DNA from: Vulcanimicrobiota bacterium
GTDB lineage: Bacteria; Vulcanimicrobiota; Vulcanimicrobiia; Eremiobacterales; Eremiobacteraceae
Direction of reading: 5' to 3'
DNA length: 32,450 bases
Assembly (NCBI GenBank): GCA_019232725.1
Contig: JAFANK010000368.1
Location: 1-32,450 of the forward strand
Part shown: positions 1 to 9,044 of the stretch, piece by piece
Layout: every line of letters begins with the position of its first letter
Position numbering within the stretch: position 1 is the first letter of the stretch
Notes under the pieces: model-generated
Database searches by the model: none
The model's input: the letters and a program-made list of their open reading frames with translations, nothing else
Told to the model about the DNA's origin: nothing
Made by a program: the position numbers and the translations under genes

Positions 1-141
1 GTGACCATCCAATACGATGATTGGTGGTTCAACGTCAGGCCATCCAATACCGAACCCCTCCTCCGGCTCAACGTTGAAGCCGATACGCCCGAGCTCTTGG
101 CGAGCAAACGCGACGAGGTCCTCGCCTTGATCAGGAGCTAA
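1..141 (+). CDS. phosphomannomutase/phosphoglucomutase, C-terminal fragment (5' end off-window)
   Basis: Frame 1 is open from the window edge to TAA 139-141. It translates to ...DDWWFNVRPSNTEPLLRLNVEADTPELL..., the conserved C-terminal domain motif of ManB/AlgC-type alpha-D-phosphohexomutases. Confidence 0.75.
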   Translation: MTIQYDDWWFNVRPSNTEPLLRLNVEADTPELLASKRDEVLALIRS

Positions 142-149
142 GGGGCCAC

Positions 150-1265
150 ATGGGCAGCCGCGTCGTGGGCCCAGCGATGTTAGCCATCGGCGATGGGACG
201 GCGCGAGCGGGTTGCGTCCGGATCGAAAATGGCCGTATCATTGCACTCGAAGAGCGAGGCGCACAGGTCGATCAGCCGCTGCCGCCGGGTTGCACCATCG
301 CGCCTGGCTTGATCGATCTTCACACGAACGGCACGAGCCGCTATTGGTTCAATCGCGAACCACTGGAGACGATGGCGGCCATGGCCAGCGAGGCGCCCAC
401 GCATGGTGTGACGTCGTTTTTGCCGTCGCTCATGACGGGTTCATGGGATCAGATGTTGCATGCAGCTCGCGCGATCTCCGGACGGATCGATCAAACGTCG
501 CCGGGTGCGCGCGCGATCGGCGTGCACTTCGAAGGGCCGTTCATCAACCCCGAATATCGGCGTATCCATCCGCGCGAGTACTTGCTCACGCCGACACCAG
601 CGAGGATCGAGGCGCTGCTCGATAGCTGGAAGGCAGGACGCTTACGCGTGACGATGGCACCGGAGATCCAAGAGGCACCGCGCGCAGCCGCAGAACTGCA
701 TCGCCGCGGTGTCACGCTTGCAGCCGGTCACACGGCGGCGACGTACGCGATCGGCAATTCGGCGATCGAGTCGGGGTATAGCATCTTGACGCATTCGTTC
801 AACGCGATGCCGCCGCTCCATCACCGGACGTCCTCGATCCTGACGGCGTTCTTGCTCGACCCGAGTGCCTTTTGCGAGGTCATCGCCGACGGCTACCACG
901 TCTCCGTCGAGCACATCGCACTCCTGTACCGGCTGAAGGGCCTGAATCTCGTCCTCGCGACCGACGCCATGCCCTTGGTCGACGGCCTCATCGAAGACGG
1001 CGGCGTCGCGCGCACGAAGGACGGCGTGATCGCCGGCAGCCGGTTGCATCTCGATCAAGCAGTTCGCAATCTCATGGCGGCGACCGGCATCAGCTTCGCG
1101 CAGGCAGTGCAATGCGCAACCTGGGCTCCCGCGCGCGCTGTGGGTCTGGACAACGAGATCGGTATGCTCGCTCCAGGGCTACGCGCCGACCTCGCCGTGT
1201 GGGATGGACGCAACGAGATCACGCATACCTTTGTCGAGGGACGCTTGGTCTATACGAATAGTTAG
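150..1265 (+). CDS. nagA: N-acetylglucosamine-6-phosphate deacetylase
   Basis: 371-aa ORF with AAGGGG 6 nt upstream of the ATG. NagA-type amidohydrolase motifs are present: PGLIDLHTNG, HFEGPFINPEY, MAPE, AGHTAATY, THSFNAMPPLHHR, IADGYHV, LATDAM and IAGS. Confidence 0.85.
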   Translation: MGSRVVGPAMLAIGDGTARAGCVRIENGRIIALEERGAQVDQPLPPGCTIAPGLIDLHTNGTSRYWFNREPLETMAAMASEAPTHGVTSFLPSLMTGSWDQMLHAARAISGRIDQTSPGARAIGVHFEGPFINPEYRRIHPREYLLTPTPARIEALLDSWKAGRLRVTMAPEIQEAPRAAAELHRRGVTLAAGHTAATYAIGNSAIESGYSILTHSFNAMPPLHHRTSSILTAFLLDPSAFCEVIADGYHVSVEHIALLYRLKGLNLVLATDAMPLVDGLIEDGGVARTKDGVIAGSRLHLDQAVRNLMAATGISFAQAVQCATWAPARAVGLDNEIGMLAPGLRADLAVWDGRNEITHTFVEGRLVYTNS

Positions 1266-2308
1266 AGAACTTTGATCTCGCCGATGACGCGTCCGGCGTG
1301 GTTGCGCAACGCCGGGGTCGCGTAGGCTGCGAGCGCATCGACCATCTGTTGGTCGAGCACGCCAAGCGCTGACCATCGGTTGATGACGACCGGTGCAATA
1401 GCGCGATAGTTCCCGTCGGCGACCTTCGCCGTCATGCCCAAGCCTCGCCGCAGCGCCGCGGAAGCATGATAGCCTTCTGCGCCTCCCTTGGCGGCGACAT
1501 CACCCTGCGCGACGCGCATGAGCTCCGTGTCGAAGCGATTGGTGCCTGCGATCATGTAGGGGTGCTCGGTCATGGCGCTCGTCACGCGCCGCAGCGAGAG
1601 CGCAAGCCTGGGGAAGAAGCGCTCTGGCTCGCTCATGCGAGCGAAGAACGTCGCGACGACGCGCAACGGCGCAGCGATGACCGGAATGCCGCACCCGTCG
1701 ACACCGATGCTCAGGCTCTCCCTTGGCACACCGAGCAGTTCGGCGGACACATCGAGAATTTCCACTTGTGCGGGGTGGTCGGGCGCGAGATAGCCGGACG
1801 GATCGGCCCCGCGATGGACCGCTAATGCCAAAATGCCCGCATGTTTGCCGGAACAGTTGTTATGGATCGCTCGAGGACGCTGGCCCGTGGCTGCCAACGC
1901 TTCAGCACTGGGTTCGTGGACCGGTGCGTGCGCGCCACACTGCAACGCTGCTTCGTCGAGACCGCAGGCGCGTAACATGCGCAGTGCCGTCTCCACGTGT
2001 TCCGGCTCACCGCTGTGCGAGGCGGCCGCGAGCGCGATCTCCTTGGGCGAAAAACCGAAATGATCTGCGGCGCCGCTCGCCACGACAGCGGTCGCGATGA
2101 GCGGCTTTGCGCTCGAGCGCAAGTAGACGAGACGATCGATATCGCCGCGCGACTCGATCAGATGCCCGTCCACGTCTGCGACTGCATAGCAGACGCAATG
2201 TTCGCTCTCAACAAGTGCACCACGCGTGACGACGACCGCAGGACCGCCGCAGTCGAATCCACTGAGCTTATCAGCCATGCCTGCCGCCGTTCTTCCAGGA
2301 GCACTCAC
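1262..2308 (-). CDS. L-asparaginase II family protein (Rhizobium-type)
   Basis: 348-aa ORF with motifs NNCSGKHAG, GVDGCGIP and GGAEGY typical of the asparaginase_II family. The start is uncertain: GTG at 2308 or ATG at 2278. Confidence 0.8.
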   Translation of the reverse strand: MSAPGRTAAGMADKLSGFDCGGPAVVVTRGALVESEHCVCYAVADVDGHLIESRGDIDRLVYLRSSAKPLIATAVVASGAADHFGFSPKEIALAAASHSGEPEHVETALRMLRACGLDEAALQCGAHAPVHEPSAEALAATGQRPRAIHNNCSGKHAGILALAVHRGADPSGYLAPDHPAQVEILDVSAELLGVPRESLSIGVDGCGIPVIAAPLRVVATFFARMSEPERFFPRLALSLRRVTSAMTEHPYMIAGTNRFDTELMRVAQGDVAAKGGAEGYHASAALRRGLGMTAKVADGNYRAIAPVVINRWSALGVLDQQMVDALAAYATPALRNHAGRVIGEIKVL

Positions 2309-2567
2309 GGACCCCCAAGAACAACGAGCCGGTCATTGTCACGATAGGTGATCGACGCTGACACCGTACGACGCATCGACCGGCAGTCCGGCACCGCGGC
2401 CCGCTGCCGACGCGACGCTCAATCTGCGCCCGCTTTCGCTCGGTGAGATTTTCGACCGCGCGTTTAATGTCTATTTCAAGCACATCGCGACGTTCACGTC
2501 GATCATCGCCATCGTCGGCGTACCGCTGGCGATCCTCTCCTATTTTCAATCGCGCGACGTCATCGAC

Positions 2568-3383
2568 TTGTACGTGAACATCTTCCAACAGATGACCCAG
2601 CATCCAGGCAAGCCGCCGGATCCATCCGCGTTTGGAAAACTGCAGACAAACGGCGCCCTCACCGCGTTCGAGTATATCTTCGCGTTCTGTGCGCTGCCGA
2701 TCGCGCAGGCCGCAGTCGTGGCAGCAGTCTCGCGAGCGTATCTTAGTCTGCCGATGGACTTCCGGGACAGCTACCGCTTTGCGATGAGCCGATGGCTTGC
2801 CATCTTCATCCTCATCGTTCTCTGGGTCTTGTTCGCGTTTGCGGTGGTCATGGTCGTCGCCATCGTCGTGCTGTTCTTCGCCTTCACGATTGGCTTTGTG
2901 TTCACGCGAGCAGCCGGCGGTTCTAATCCGTTCTTGGCGGGCGGCGCATCCATATTCTTTATCGTCTGTGTCATTGTCGGCGCAGGCGCCGGCGCGATGC
3001 TGTATCTCTCCTACGCCCTTTCCTTCATCGCGGTGATGGTCGAACGCGTCGATCCGCTTGCCGCATTTGCTAGCGGGTTCCGACGCATCTTATACCGCGA
3101 TCAAGTATGGCGGGCGTTGGCCGTGGCCCTTGGCCTGTTCGCTATCAATGTGGGAACCTCGCTTGTGACCGTGGGCGCGGGCGCGCTCGGCGTATTGCTG
3201 CTCAAGACGCCCGCGCTGTATGCCATCTCGGTGGGTCTGCTCTCGTTGTTCTTCACGCCGTTCGCGCTCGTGACCGCAGCCGTCTTCTACTACGATATCC
3301 GGATCCGGCACGAAGGCTACGACTTGCAGATGATGGCCGACCGATTCGCCGCGCCGGCCGCTACAACGCCTACATCGCCGTGA
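2568..3383 (+). CDS. polytopic membrane protein (about 6 TM); first gene of the MoxR module
   Basis: The ORF-track start is TTG at 2568. Hydrophobic helices run throughout. The same frame is open back to the TGA at 2349-2351 and encodes a family-like N-terminus (LRPLSLGEIFDRAFNVYFKHIATF...) without any ATG/GTG/TTG, so the true start is uncertain. Confidence 0.6.
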   Translation: MYVNIFQQMTQHPGKPPDPSAFGKLQTNGALTAFEYIFAFCALPIAQAAVVAAVSRAYLSLPMDFRDSYRFAMSRWLAIFILIVLWVLFAFAVVMVVAIVVLFFAFTIGFVFTRAAGGSNPFLAGGASIFFIVCVIVGAGAGAMLYLSYALSFIAVMVERVDPLAAFASGFRRILYRDQVWRALAVALGLFAINVGTSLVTVGAGALGVLLLKTPALYAISVGLLSLFFTPFALVTAAVFYYDIRIRHEGYDLQMMADRFAAPAATTPTSP

Positions 3384-3673
3384 ACGTGATGCCGGGTGCC
3401 TGCGCGCTGCTACTGCTTATCGCGACGTGTGTACGGCCGGTATCGGCGCAAGCGAGCGGTGTATCAGACGCCTCACAACCGGCAGGACTCGACCAAGCAC
3501 TCGTGCGCGAAGCCGAGCAGCTCGACGCCGCCGCTCAGACCGCCGCCACGCATCACACGCATGTGTCGATAGCGCCTATGGTGTTGCTTGTGCCGCCGTC
3601 GCAATCGGCATCCGGCGTCTCGCTTGACCGTTGGGTGCAATCCCAGCTCCAGCGTATCGACCGGGAGCGGTAG
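3380..3673 (+). CDS. small secreted protein (about 95 aa) with signal peptide
   Basis: The GTG at 3380 overlaps the upstream TGA (GTGA); an alternative ATG lies at 3389. The N-terminus MPGACALLLLIATCVRPVSA/QAS looks like a Sec signal peptide. The longer track ORF from 3107 overlaps the preceding gene and is unlikely. Confidence 0.5.
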   Translation: MNVMPGACALLLLIATCVRPVSAQASGVSDASQPAGLDQALVREAEQLDAAAQTAATHHTHVSIAPMVLLVPPSQSASGVSLDRWVQSQLQRIDRER

Positions 3674-3676
3674 AGC

Positions 3677-4387
3677 ATGACCCAGGAGCGGGAGTTGCGC
3701 GATCTGGCCGAATCCTTACGGCGAGCCGCAGTCGACCGGGGCCAACCGGCACCGCCCGACGATCCCCAGGTCCTCGCGCTTTCCATTCTCTCGCAACGTG
3801 CGTACGCACACGAGCGCACTGCTCCGGCGCCGGCGCCTCGCGAAACATTGCTCGACAAGGTCCTCAAATGGCTCGGCGGCCACGTGCAGGATCTCATCCG
3901 CGCGATTTTCGGCGCGGCGGTCGCTGTGCCGTTGCTCGGACGGATCACCGTGATCACATTCATCGTCGCGGTCGCAGCGCTGGCGGTCTACCTGATCTAT
4001 TTGCTCGTATCGACGTTGGCACGGCGCCAGCGCAAGTTTGCGCCGAATATGGGAACCCCATTGGCGCCGCTTATTGAGCCGCACACACTGTACGAGCGGG
4101 CGAAGGCCGCCGCCAGGGCCGGCCAGTATGCACAGGCGGTAGCGCTCCTTTTCCAAGCAAGTCTTCGCATGTTCGATGGCGCAGGCAAACTGCCATACGA
4201 CGCATCGCTAACGCCCGGTGAATACCGTCGTGCCGTTCGGCGCTCCGTTGCAGCAGCCGGCGACCCGTTCGATCAGATAGCCAAGACCTTCGTGCTGGCG
4301 GCGTTTGCCGAGCGCACCATCACCGCGGATGAGTACGCAGCCGCGGATCAAGCGTACGTGACGATGCGTCCGCTTGTGACCGCGTGA
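3677..4387 (+). CDS. DUF4129-like membrane protein
   Basis: 236 aa, with the ATG 3 nt after the upstream stop and GGGAGCGG upstream. It has a central TM segment (ITVITFIVAVAALAVYLIYLLV). The C-terminal part (YAQAVALLFQASLRMF...LTPGEYRRAV...F..AAFAERTIT..EY) matches the DUF4129 pattern as I remember it. Confidence 0.7.
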   Translation: MTQERELRDLAESLRRAAVDRGQPAPPDDPQVLALSILSQRAYAHERTAPAPAPRETLLDKVLKWLGGHVQDLIRAIFGAAVAVPLLGRITVITFIVAVAALAVYLIYLLVSTLARRQRKFAPNMGTPLAPLIEPHTLYERAKAAARAGQYAQAVALLFQASLRMFDGAGKLPYDASLTPGEYRRAVRRSVAAAGDPFDQIAKTFVLAAFAERTITADEYAAADQAYVTMRPLVTA

Positions 4388-5682
4388 AAACTCTTCGCCC
4401 TTGGTTGCGTCTGGAAACCGCTATCGCAGTTGGGGTGCTCTGCTGTTTCGTCGTGTTGGGATGGCTCGATCATGTGCGAACGGTGCGCGCGATCGACCGC
4501 TTCGACACGTACTCCAGCTACGATTTCCAGCAAGGAGGCTATCGCGCGTGGTTCGATTTGCTTCGGCGCGAAGGGGTGCGCGTCGATCGCTATACACGGC
4601 GGCCCGCCTATTTGAGCGATGTCGTGACCACGCTGATCGTCGCCAACAATATATTCGATACGCTGTTGCGCCAGCAGAGCGGACAGGAAGCAGGGCGCTA
4701 CTCCTCGGGCGATTATGAGCGCCTGCGCCGATGGGTGCAAGGGGGAGGCCGGCTTGTATGGCTTGCCGACCAATCCTCTGCCACCGATGTCGCCTTCTCG
4801 TCGCCGCTGCCGCGCGCTGGTCTCGCACCGGCCGCGTCCGGCCTGCGGCTGCCGTTCATCGTGAATACCGGCCGAGCGCACCAGGCCGCGGTTGCGCTCA
4901 TGCCATCGCCGCTCACCCTTGGCGTCACAACGATCTCCGGATCGAGCTCCTTGCGCATCCCGTTCAACGCAAGCCCGCACGTCACGCCGCTGATCGCCGA
5001 CGACCGCGGATCGATCGTTGCATGGTACGGGCTGGGCAAAGGCACGGTCATCGTGGTCACCGATGAGACGTTGTTCGACAATGCCCGTTTAGGGCGCGCC
5101 GACAACGCACGGCTGGCTTTCAATCTCGCCACCTACGGCCTCGAGAAGGGGCAAACGGTCGCGTTTGAGGAGTGGTCGCACGGCTATCAGACCGGCGACA
5201 CATGGTGGACCGTGCTGCCGCGAACCTTGCAGGTCGCGATCGCGCTGGCGACGAGTGCGCTGCTGCTCTTGTTATTTGGAGCGATGTGGCGCTTCGGGCC
5301 GCCGGCGTTGCCAGCCGATACGAGCGAGCGGACGTCTGAGGAATACGTGAACTCGATGGCCGCCCTACTCGAACGGGGCCGCGCAGCGCGGACCGCCACC
5401 CGCGACCTCGCGCAGATCGCGCTCCACGCAGCCGCGAGGTCGGTCGGTCTACCGGACGCGACACCGGCATCTGCGATCGCCACGCGCCTGCGAGGCAGTG
5501 ACGCAGGTGACCGGCGCGCGCATGATCTCATGACCCTCGAACGTCTGGCTGCGTACGAGCATCCGACGACCACGGAGCTCGTGCAGGCAGCTCAGCTATC
5601 ACGCACGCTACGAAAGGATCTCAGCGTCAATGGCTCTCCCGCTCTCCAGCCTCGCCGCTCGGCTCCGCGACGATCTGCATAA
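4384..5682 (+). CDS. DUF4350-like membrane protein
   Basis: 432 aa; the GTG at 4384 overlaps the upstream TGA (GTGA). There is an N-terminal TM segment and a later one (LQVAIALATSALLLLLFGAMW). The motifs GGRLVWLAD and GKGTVIVVTDETLFDNARLGRADNARLAFNL are typical of DUF4350 and GldG-like domains. Confidence 0.7.
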   Translation: MKTLRPWLRLETAIAVGVLCCFVVLGWLDHVRTVRAIDRFDTYSSYDFQQGGYRAWFDLLRREGVRVDRYTRRPAYLSDVVTTLIVANNIFDTLLRQQSGQEAGRYSSGDYERLRRWVQGGGRLVWLADQSSATDVAFSSPLPRAGLAPAASGLRLPFIVNTGRAHQAAVALMPSPLTLGVTTISGSSSLRIPFNASPHVTPLIADDRGSIVAWYGLGKGTVIVVTDETLFDNARLGRADNARLAFNLATYGLEKGQTVAFEEWSHGYQTGDTWWTVLPRTLQVAIALATSALLLLLFGAMWRFGPPALPADTSERTSEEYVNSMAALLERGRAARTATRDLAQIALHAAARSVGLPDATPASAIATRLRGSDAGDRRAHDLMTLERLAAYEHPTTTELVQAAQLSRTLRKDLSVNGSPALQPRRSAPRRSA

Positions 5683-6610
5683 GGTCGTCGTCGGCCAAGA
5701 CGACACGGTGTTTGCCCTGCAGCTCGCGCTGTTCGGCGAAGGCCACGCGCTCATCGAGGGTGTTCCCGGCACGGCGAAAACGCTGCTCGTACGCGTGCTT
5801 GCGTTACTGCTCGGCGCCGATTTTCGTCGCATCCAATTCACGCCTGACCTGATGCCGTCCGATGTCGTCGGCACGACCGTGTTCAGCCCGCAGAGCGGTG
5901 AATTCACGACGCGGCGCGGCCCCATCTTCACCAATCTGCTGCTCGCCGACGAGATCAACCGGACGCCGCCCAAAACGCAAGCCGCGCTTTTAGAAGCCAT
6001 GGAGGAGCGGCAGGTGACGATCGACGGCGTCAGCTTTGCGTTGCCCCCGCTTTTTTTGGTGTGCGCCACGCAGAATCCGATAGAGTATGAGGGCACGTAT
6101 CCTTTGCCTGAAGCGCAGATCGATCGCTTCATGGTCAAATCCATCACGAGCTATCCCTCCGCAGATCAGGAGCTCGAGCTGCTCGGCCGTGGCGCTGCCG
6201 GATTCGATGCACGCTTCCTCGAGCGCATCGGGCTGAATCCCGTCGCTTCCATAGATGACGTCTCCGCCGCGCGCGCCGAAGCCCGCGCCGTACATGCAAG
6301 CCCAGGCCTGCAACGCTACATCTATGATATCGTTGCTCGCACTCGTTCGTCAGGAGATCTGATGCTCGGCGCAAGCCCGCGCGCCGGCTTGCATCTGCTG
6401 GTCGCAGCCCAAGTCAGCGCGGCGCTTGACGGGCGGACATTTGCCACGCCCGACGACGTCAAGTCGGCGGCTCCAATCGTGCTCACACACCGCCTGATCG
6501 TGCGTCCCGAAGCAGAGGTCGAAGGCGTGACGGCAGCCAGCGTGCTCCACCGCGTGCTGGACTCTGTCGACGTTCCCAAGGATGCAAGTCAAGCCACCGA
6601 AGCCGTATGA
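5630..6610 (+). CDS. moxR: MoxR-family AAA+ ATPase
   Basis: 326 aa. Walker A is GVPGTAKT, Walker B is LLADEINR, and PKTQAALLEAMEERQVTIDG is the AAA_3/MoxR signature. It overlaps the upstream gene by 53 nt. Confidence 0.9.
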   Translation: MALPLSSLAARLRDDLHKVVVGQDDTVFALQLALFGEGHALIEGVPGTAKTLLVRVLALLLGADFRRIQFTPDLMPSDVVGTTVFSPQSGEFTTRRGPIFTNLLLADEINRTPPKTQAALLEAMEERQVTIDGVSFALPPLFLVCATQNPIEYEGTYPLPEAQIDRFMVKSITSYPSADQELELLGRGAAGFDARFLERIGLNPVASIDDVSAARAEARAVHASPGLQRYIYDIVARTRSSGDLMLGASPRAGLHLLVAAQVSAALDGRTFATPDDVKSAAPIVLTHRLIVRPEAEVEGVTAASVLHRVLDSVDVPKDASQATEAV

Positions 6611-7961
6611 ACCACACCGCGACGATCGCCGCACCGTGACACCGTCCTTCCCCTGGATCACACGGCGTTTCACCGCAGCCATCGTCGGCATCGCTGTCTT
6701 GGTGGCTTTAGGCACCTTCGTGCACGCGGCACTCCTACTCGCGCTTCTCTGCGCTGTGCTGGTCGCAGGGTTGCTGGCAGCGGATATCGCTTCCGGTCCA
6801 CGACGCGATGAGATCACCGTGACGCGCGAGCCCATCGATCACCTCGCGCTGCGCGCACCCGCGTCGTTGCGATACGCTATTGTGAACAAGTCGCGCGCAA
6901 CCGTGCACTACGAGATCGTGGATACGCCGCTCGCCGCGCTCGACATGCCAGAATTACCAGTGGCCGGCATCGTAGGCGGCGGTATGCGCTCGATCGCCGA
7001 GCTTAGAGTCATGCCGCGGCTGCGCGGCCCGGCGACTCTTGGACCTTTATACGTGTCCGCGTGCACGCCGATCGGCTTTGTCACACGGCGTTGGCGGGTG
7101 CATGCACATGCAGACATCCGGATCTATCCCGACCTCTCGGCGGTCGAGCGCTACGGCGAGCTGGCGCGGCGCGGGCGCCTCGTCGACGCTGGCTTCCGAC
7201 GGCTGCGGTATCACGGCCGCGGCGGTGAATTCGATGCGTTGCGCGAGTGGACGCCGGACGACGAGTTCCGGTCGATCAACTGGAAGGCGAGCGCGCGCCG
7301 TGCCAAGCTCATGGTCGAGCAGTACGACGTCGAGCGCAGTCAAACAGTGATGCTCGCGCTAGATGCCGGCAGGCTTATGACGCCGCGACTCGGCGAGCAA
7401 CGCAAGTTCGATTACGCCATCACGGCTGCGTTGTCCGTTGCATCGATCGCTGCGCTTGTCGATGACAAGGTCGGTCTGCTTGCGTTCGCCGGCGGTATCC
7501 TCGAGCACATCCCACCGCGGTCCGGTTCCGCGCACTCCGCCGGCATGACGCAGCGCGTCTACGATCTGCAACCACGGTTCGAAGAAGCCGATTATAGTCG
7601 CGCCTTCACCTATCTGCGCCGGCGCCAACCCAAACGTAGCCTTGTCGTCTTCTTCACCGACATGTTCGATCCGGTCGCATCGGCCGCGACGCTCGTCAAC
7701 CTTGCGCTTTTGACGCCACGACACTTGGCGGTCTGCGTCCTCATGAACGATGAAGCTGTGCAGCAGGCACTCGACGCCGAACCTCGCGACGCCATGGGAG
7801 CCTATGCTGCAAGCGTCGCCGCGACACTCCAGATGGAACGTCAGCGGGCGGCCGCCATTTTGACGCAGCGCGGCATTTTGGTCATCGACGTCCCGGCCAA
7901 AGACCTCACGGTCGCACTGATCAACGCCTACGTCGATATCAAGTCGAGGAATCTGCTCTGA
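6582..7961 (+). CDS. DUF58 (vWA-like) protein, MoxR partner
   Basis: 459 aa with two N-terminal TM helices. It carries the DUF58 signature GGEFDALREWTPDDEFRSINWKASARRAKLMVEQYDVERSQ followed by a vWA-like beta strand (VMLALDAG). It overlaps moxR by 29 nt. Confidence 0.85.
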   Translation: MQVKPPKPYEPHRDDRRTVTPSFPWITRRFTAAIVGIAVLVALGTFVHAALLLALLCAVLVAGLLAADIASGPRRDEITVTREPIDHLALRAPASLRYAIVNKSRATVHYEIVDTPLAALDMPELPVAGIVGGGMRSIAELRVMPRLRGPATLGPLYVSACTPIGFVTRRWRVHAHADIRIYPDLSAVERYGELARRGRLVDAGFRRLRYHGRGGEFDALREWTPDDEFRSINWKASARRAKLMVEQYDVERSQTVMLALDAGRLMTPRLGEQRKFDYAITAALSVASIAALVDDKVGLLAFAGGILEHIPPRSGSAHSAGMTQRVYDLQPRFEEADYSRAFTYLRRRQPKRSLVVFFTDMFDPVASAATLVNLALLTPRHLAVCVLMNDEAVQQALDAEPRDAMGAYAASVAATLQMERQRAAAILTQRGILVIDVPAKDLTVALINAYVDIKSRNLL

Positions 7962-8931
7962 GCTGCGGCCGGCGCGCGTTGGGCACCACGAAATAGAGCA
8001 CGAGCAAAACAGCGGTGGTCCCGCCAACCGCGAGACGCACGTCGGCGGGGAATTTCTGCGGCGAGAAAAATCCCTCAATGGTGCCGGCGACCACGAGCAT
8101 GCTCGCGACTCCCACGATGAGGATGGCGGCACGCCGTGCGTTGCGGACGAGCGCATCGCGTCGCCGTAGTCGCCCGGGCGCAAGGATACCGCCGGCGATC
8201 ACGAGCCCGGCACCCGCTGCGATCTGGACGGCGGTCAGTTCGATGATCCCGTGGGGAGCGATAGTCGCCCAAAAGTCTCGTCCAAAGCCTGCATCGACAT
8301 AGAGCGCTGCCAATCCACCGAGGATGAGGCCGTTCTCGATGAGCACGTAGACCGTGACAAACCCCAACGTCATGCCGCCGGCGAACGCCATGAACGCAAG
8401 GCGGATATTGTTGGTCATGATGAAGGCCGACAAGGTCGGCGCCCCAAGCGCGGCTTGCGAGGGCTCGAAATTCGTCTCGTGCAGGCCCTTGTGGATCGGC
8501 GCGACCATGTCGGCGGGCAACAAAACAAACGCATTGAGCGGCTGCGTGTGGATGAGGTAATACGCGAGCCCGGCGGGTGCGAGGAAGAGCACGACCGCCA
8601 ACAGCATGTACCAGCGCGATCGCCACACTTCTTGCGGAAACGTTTGTGTGTAGAATCGGGCCACGCGCGACGCGCCCCCTTCGCTGCTGCCGCCATAGAC
8701 AAGTGCGTGCGCGCGAGCGGTCAGACGGTTCAAGTAGGCGCGCAACGTCGCATCATAGCTTCGGCCATCCGCAAACGCAAGATCTGAGGTCACCCACCGA
8801 TACAGGCGGCCGACCTCGGCGACTTCGTCCGGACCCAAAGCGCGCAACGTCGAGCGCTCAGCTCGCTGCAAAAGCGCATCAAGACGCTCCCAACCTTCTT
8901 GACGCCGCTCTACGAAGGTGGCTTGTCGCAC
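7939..8931 (-). CDS. SpoIIM/DUF95-like integral membrane protein
   Basis: 330 aa, GTG start. It has an N-terminal cytoplasmic helical region (FVERRQEGWERLDALL...LYRWVTSDLAFA) and TM helices with APHGIIELTAVQIAAGAGL, typical of the stage II sporulation protein M family. Its 3' end overlaps the DUF58 gene tail-to-tail by 23 nt. Confidence 0.75.
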   Translation of the reverse strand: MRQATFVERRQEGWERLDALLQRAERSTLRALGPDEVAEVGRLYRWVTSDLAFADGRSYDATLRAYLNRLTARAHALVYGGSSEGGASRVARFYTQTFPQEVWRSRWYMLLAVVLFLAPAGLAYYLIHTQPLNAFVLLPADMVAPIHKGLHETNFEPSQAALGAPTLSAFIMTNNIRLAFMAFAGGMTLGFVTVYVLIENGLILGGLAALYVDAGFGRDFWATIAPHGIIELTAVQIAAGAGLVIAGGILAPGRLRRRDALVRNARRAAILIVGVASMLVVAGTIEGFFSPQKFPADVRLAVGGTTAVLLVLYFVVPNARRPQLRADSST

Positions 8932-9044
8932 GGATGCCGACTTCGTAGCCGCGATGGAACACGCCTTGGCCGTGACGATGCTGCCTGCGGGCGGATAGTG
9001 ACGATGATACTCTTAAGGCGGCAGCGTTCGCTCAAGGAGATTTC

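Noticed and set aside
5630-7961. MoxR plus vWA-like pair as a conflict/defence (MoxR-vWA ternary) system
   Set aside because: The partner is the housekeeping-type DUF58. No effector, beta-propeller, caspase-like or nuclease domain is visible, and the neighbours are membrane DUFs rather than defence genes.
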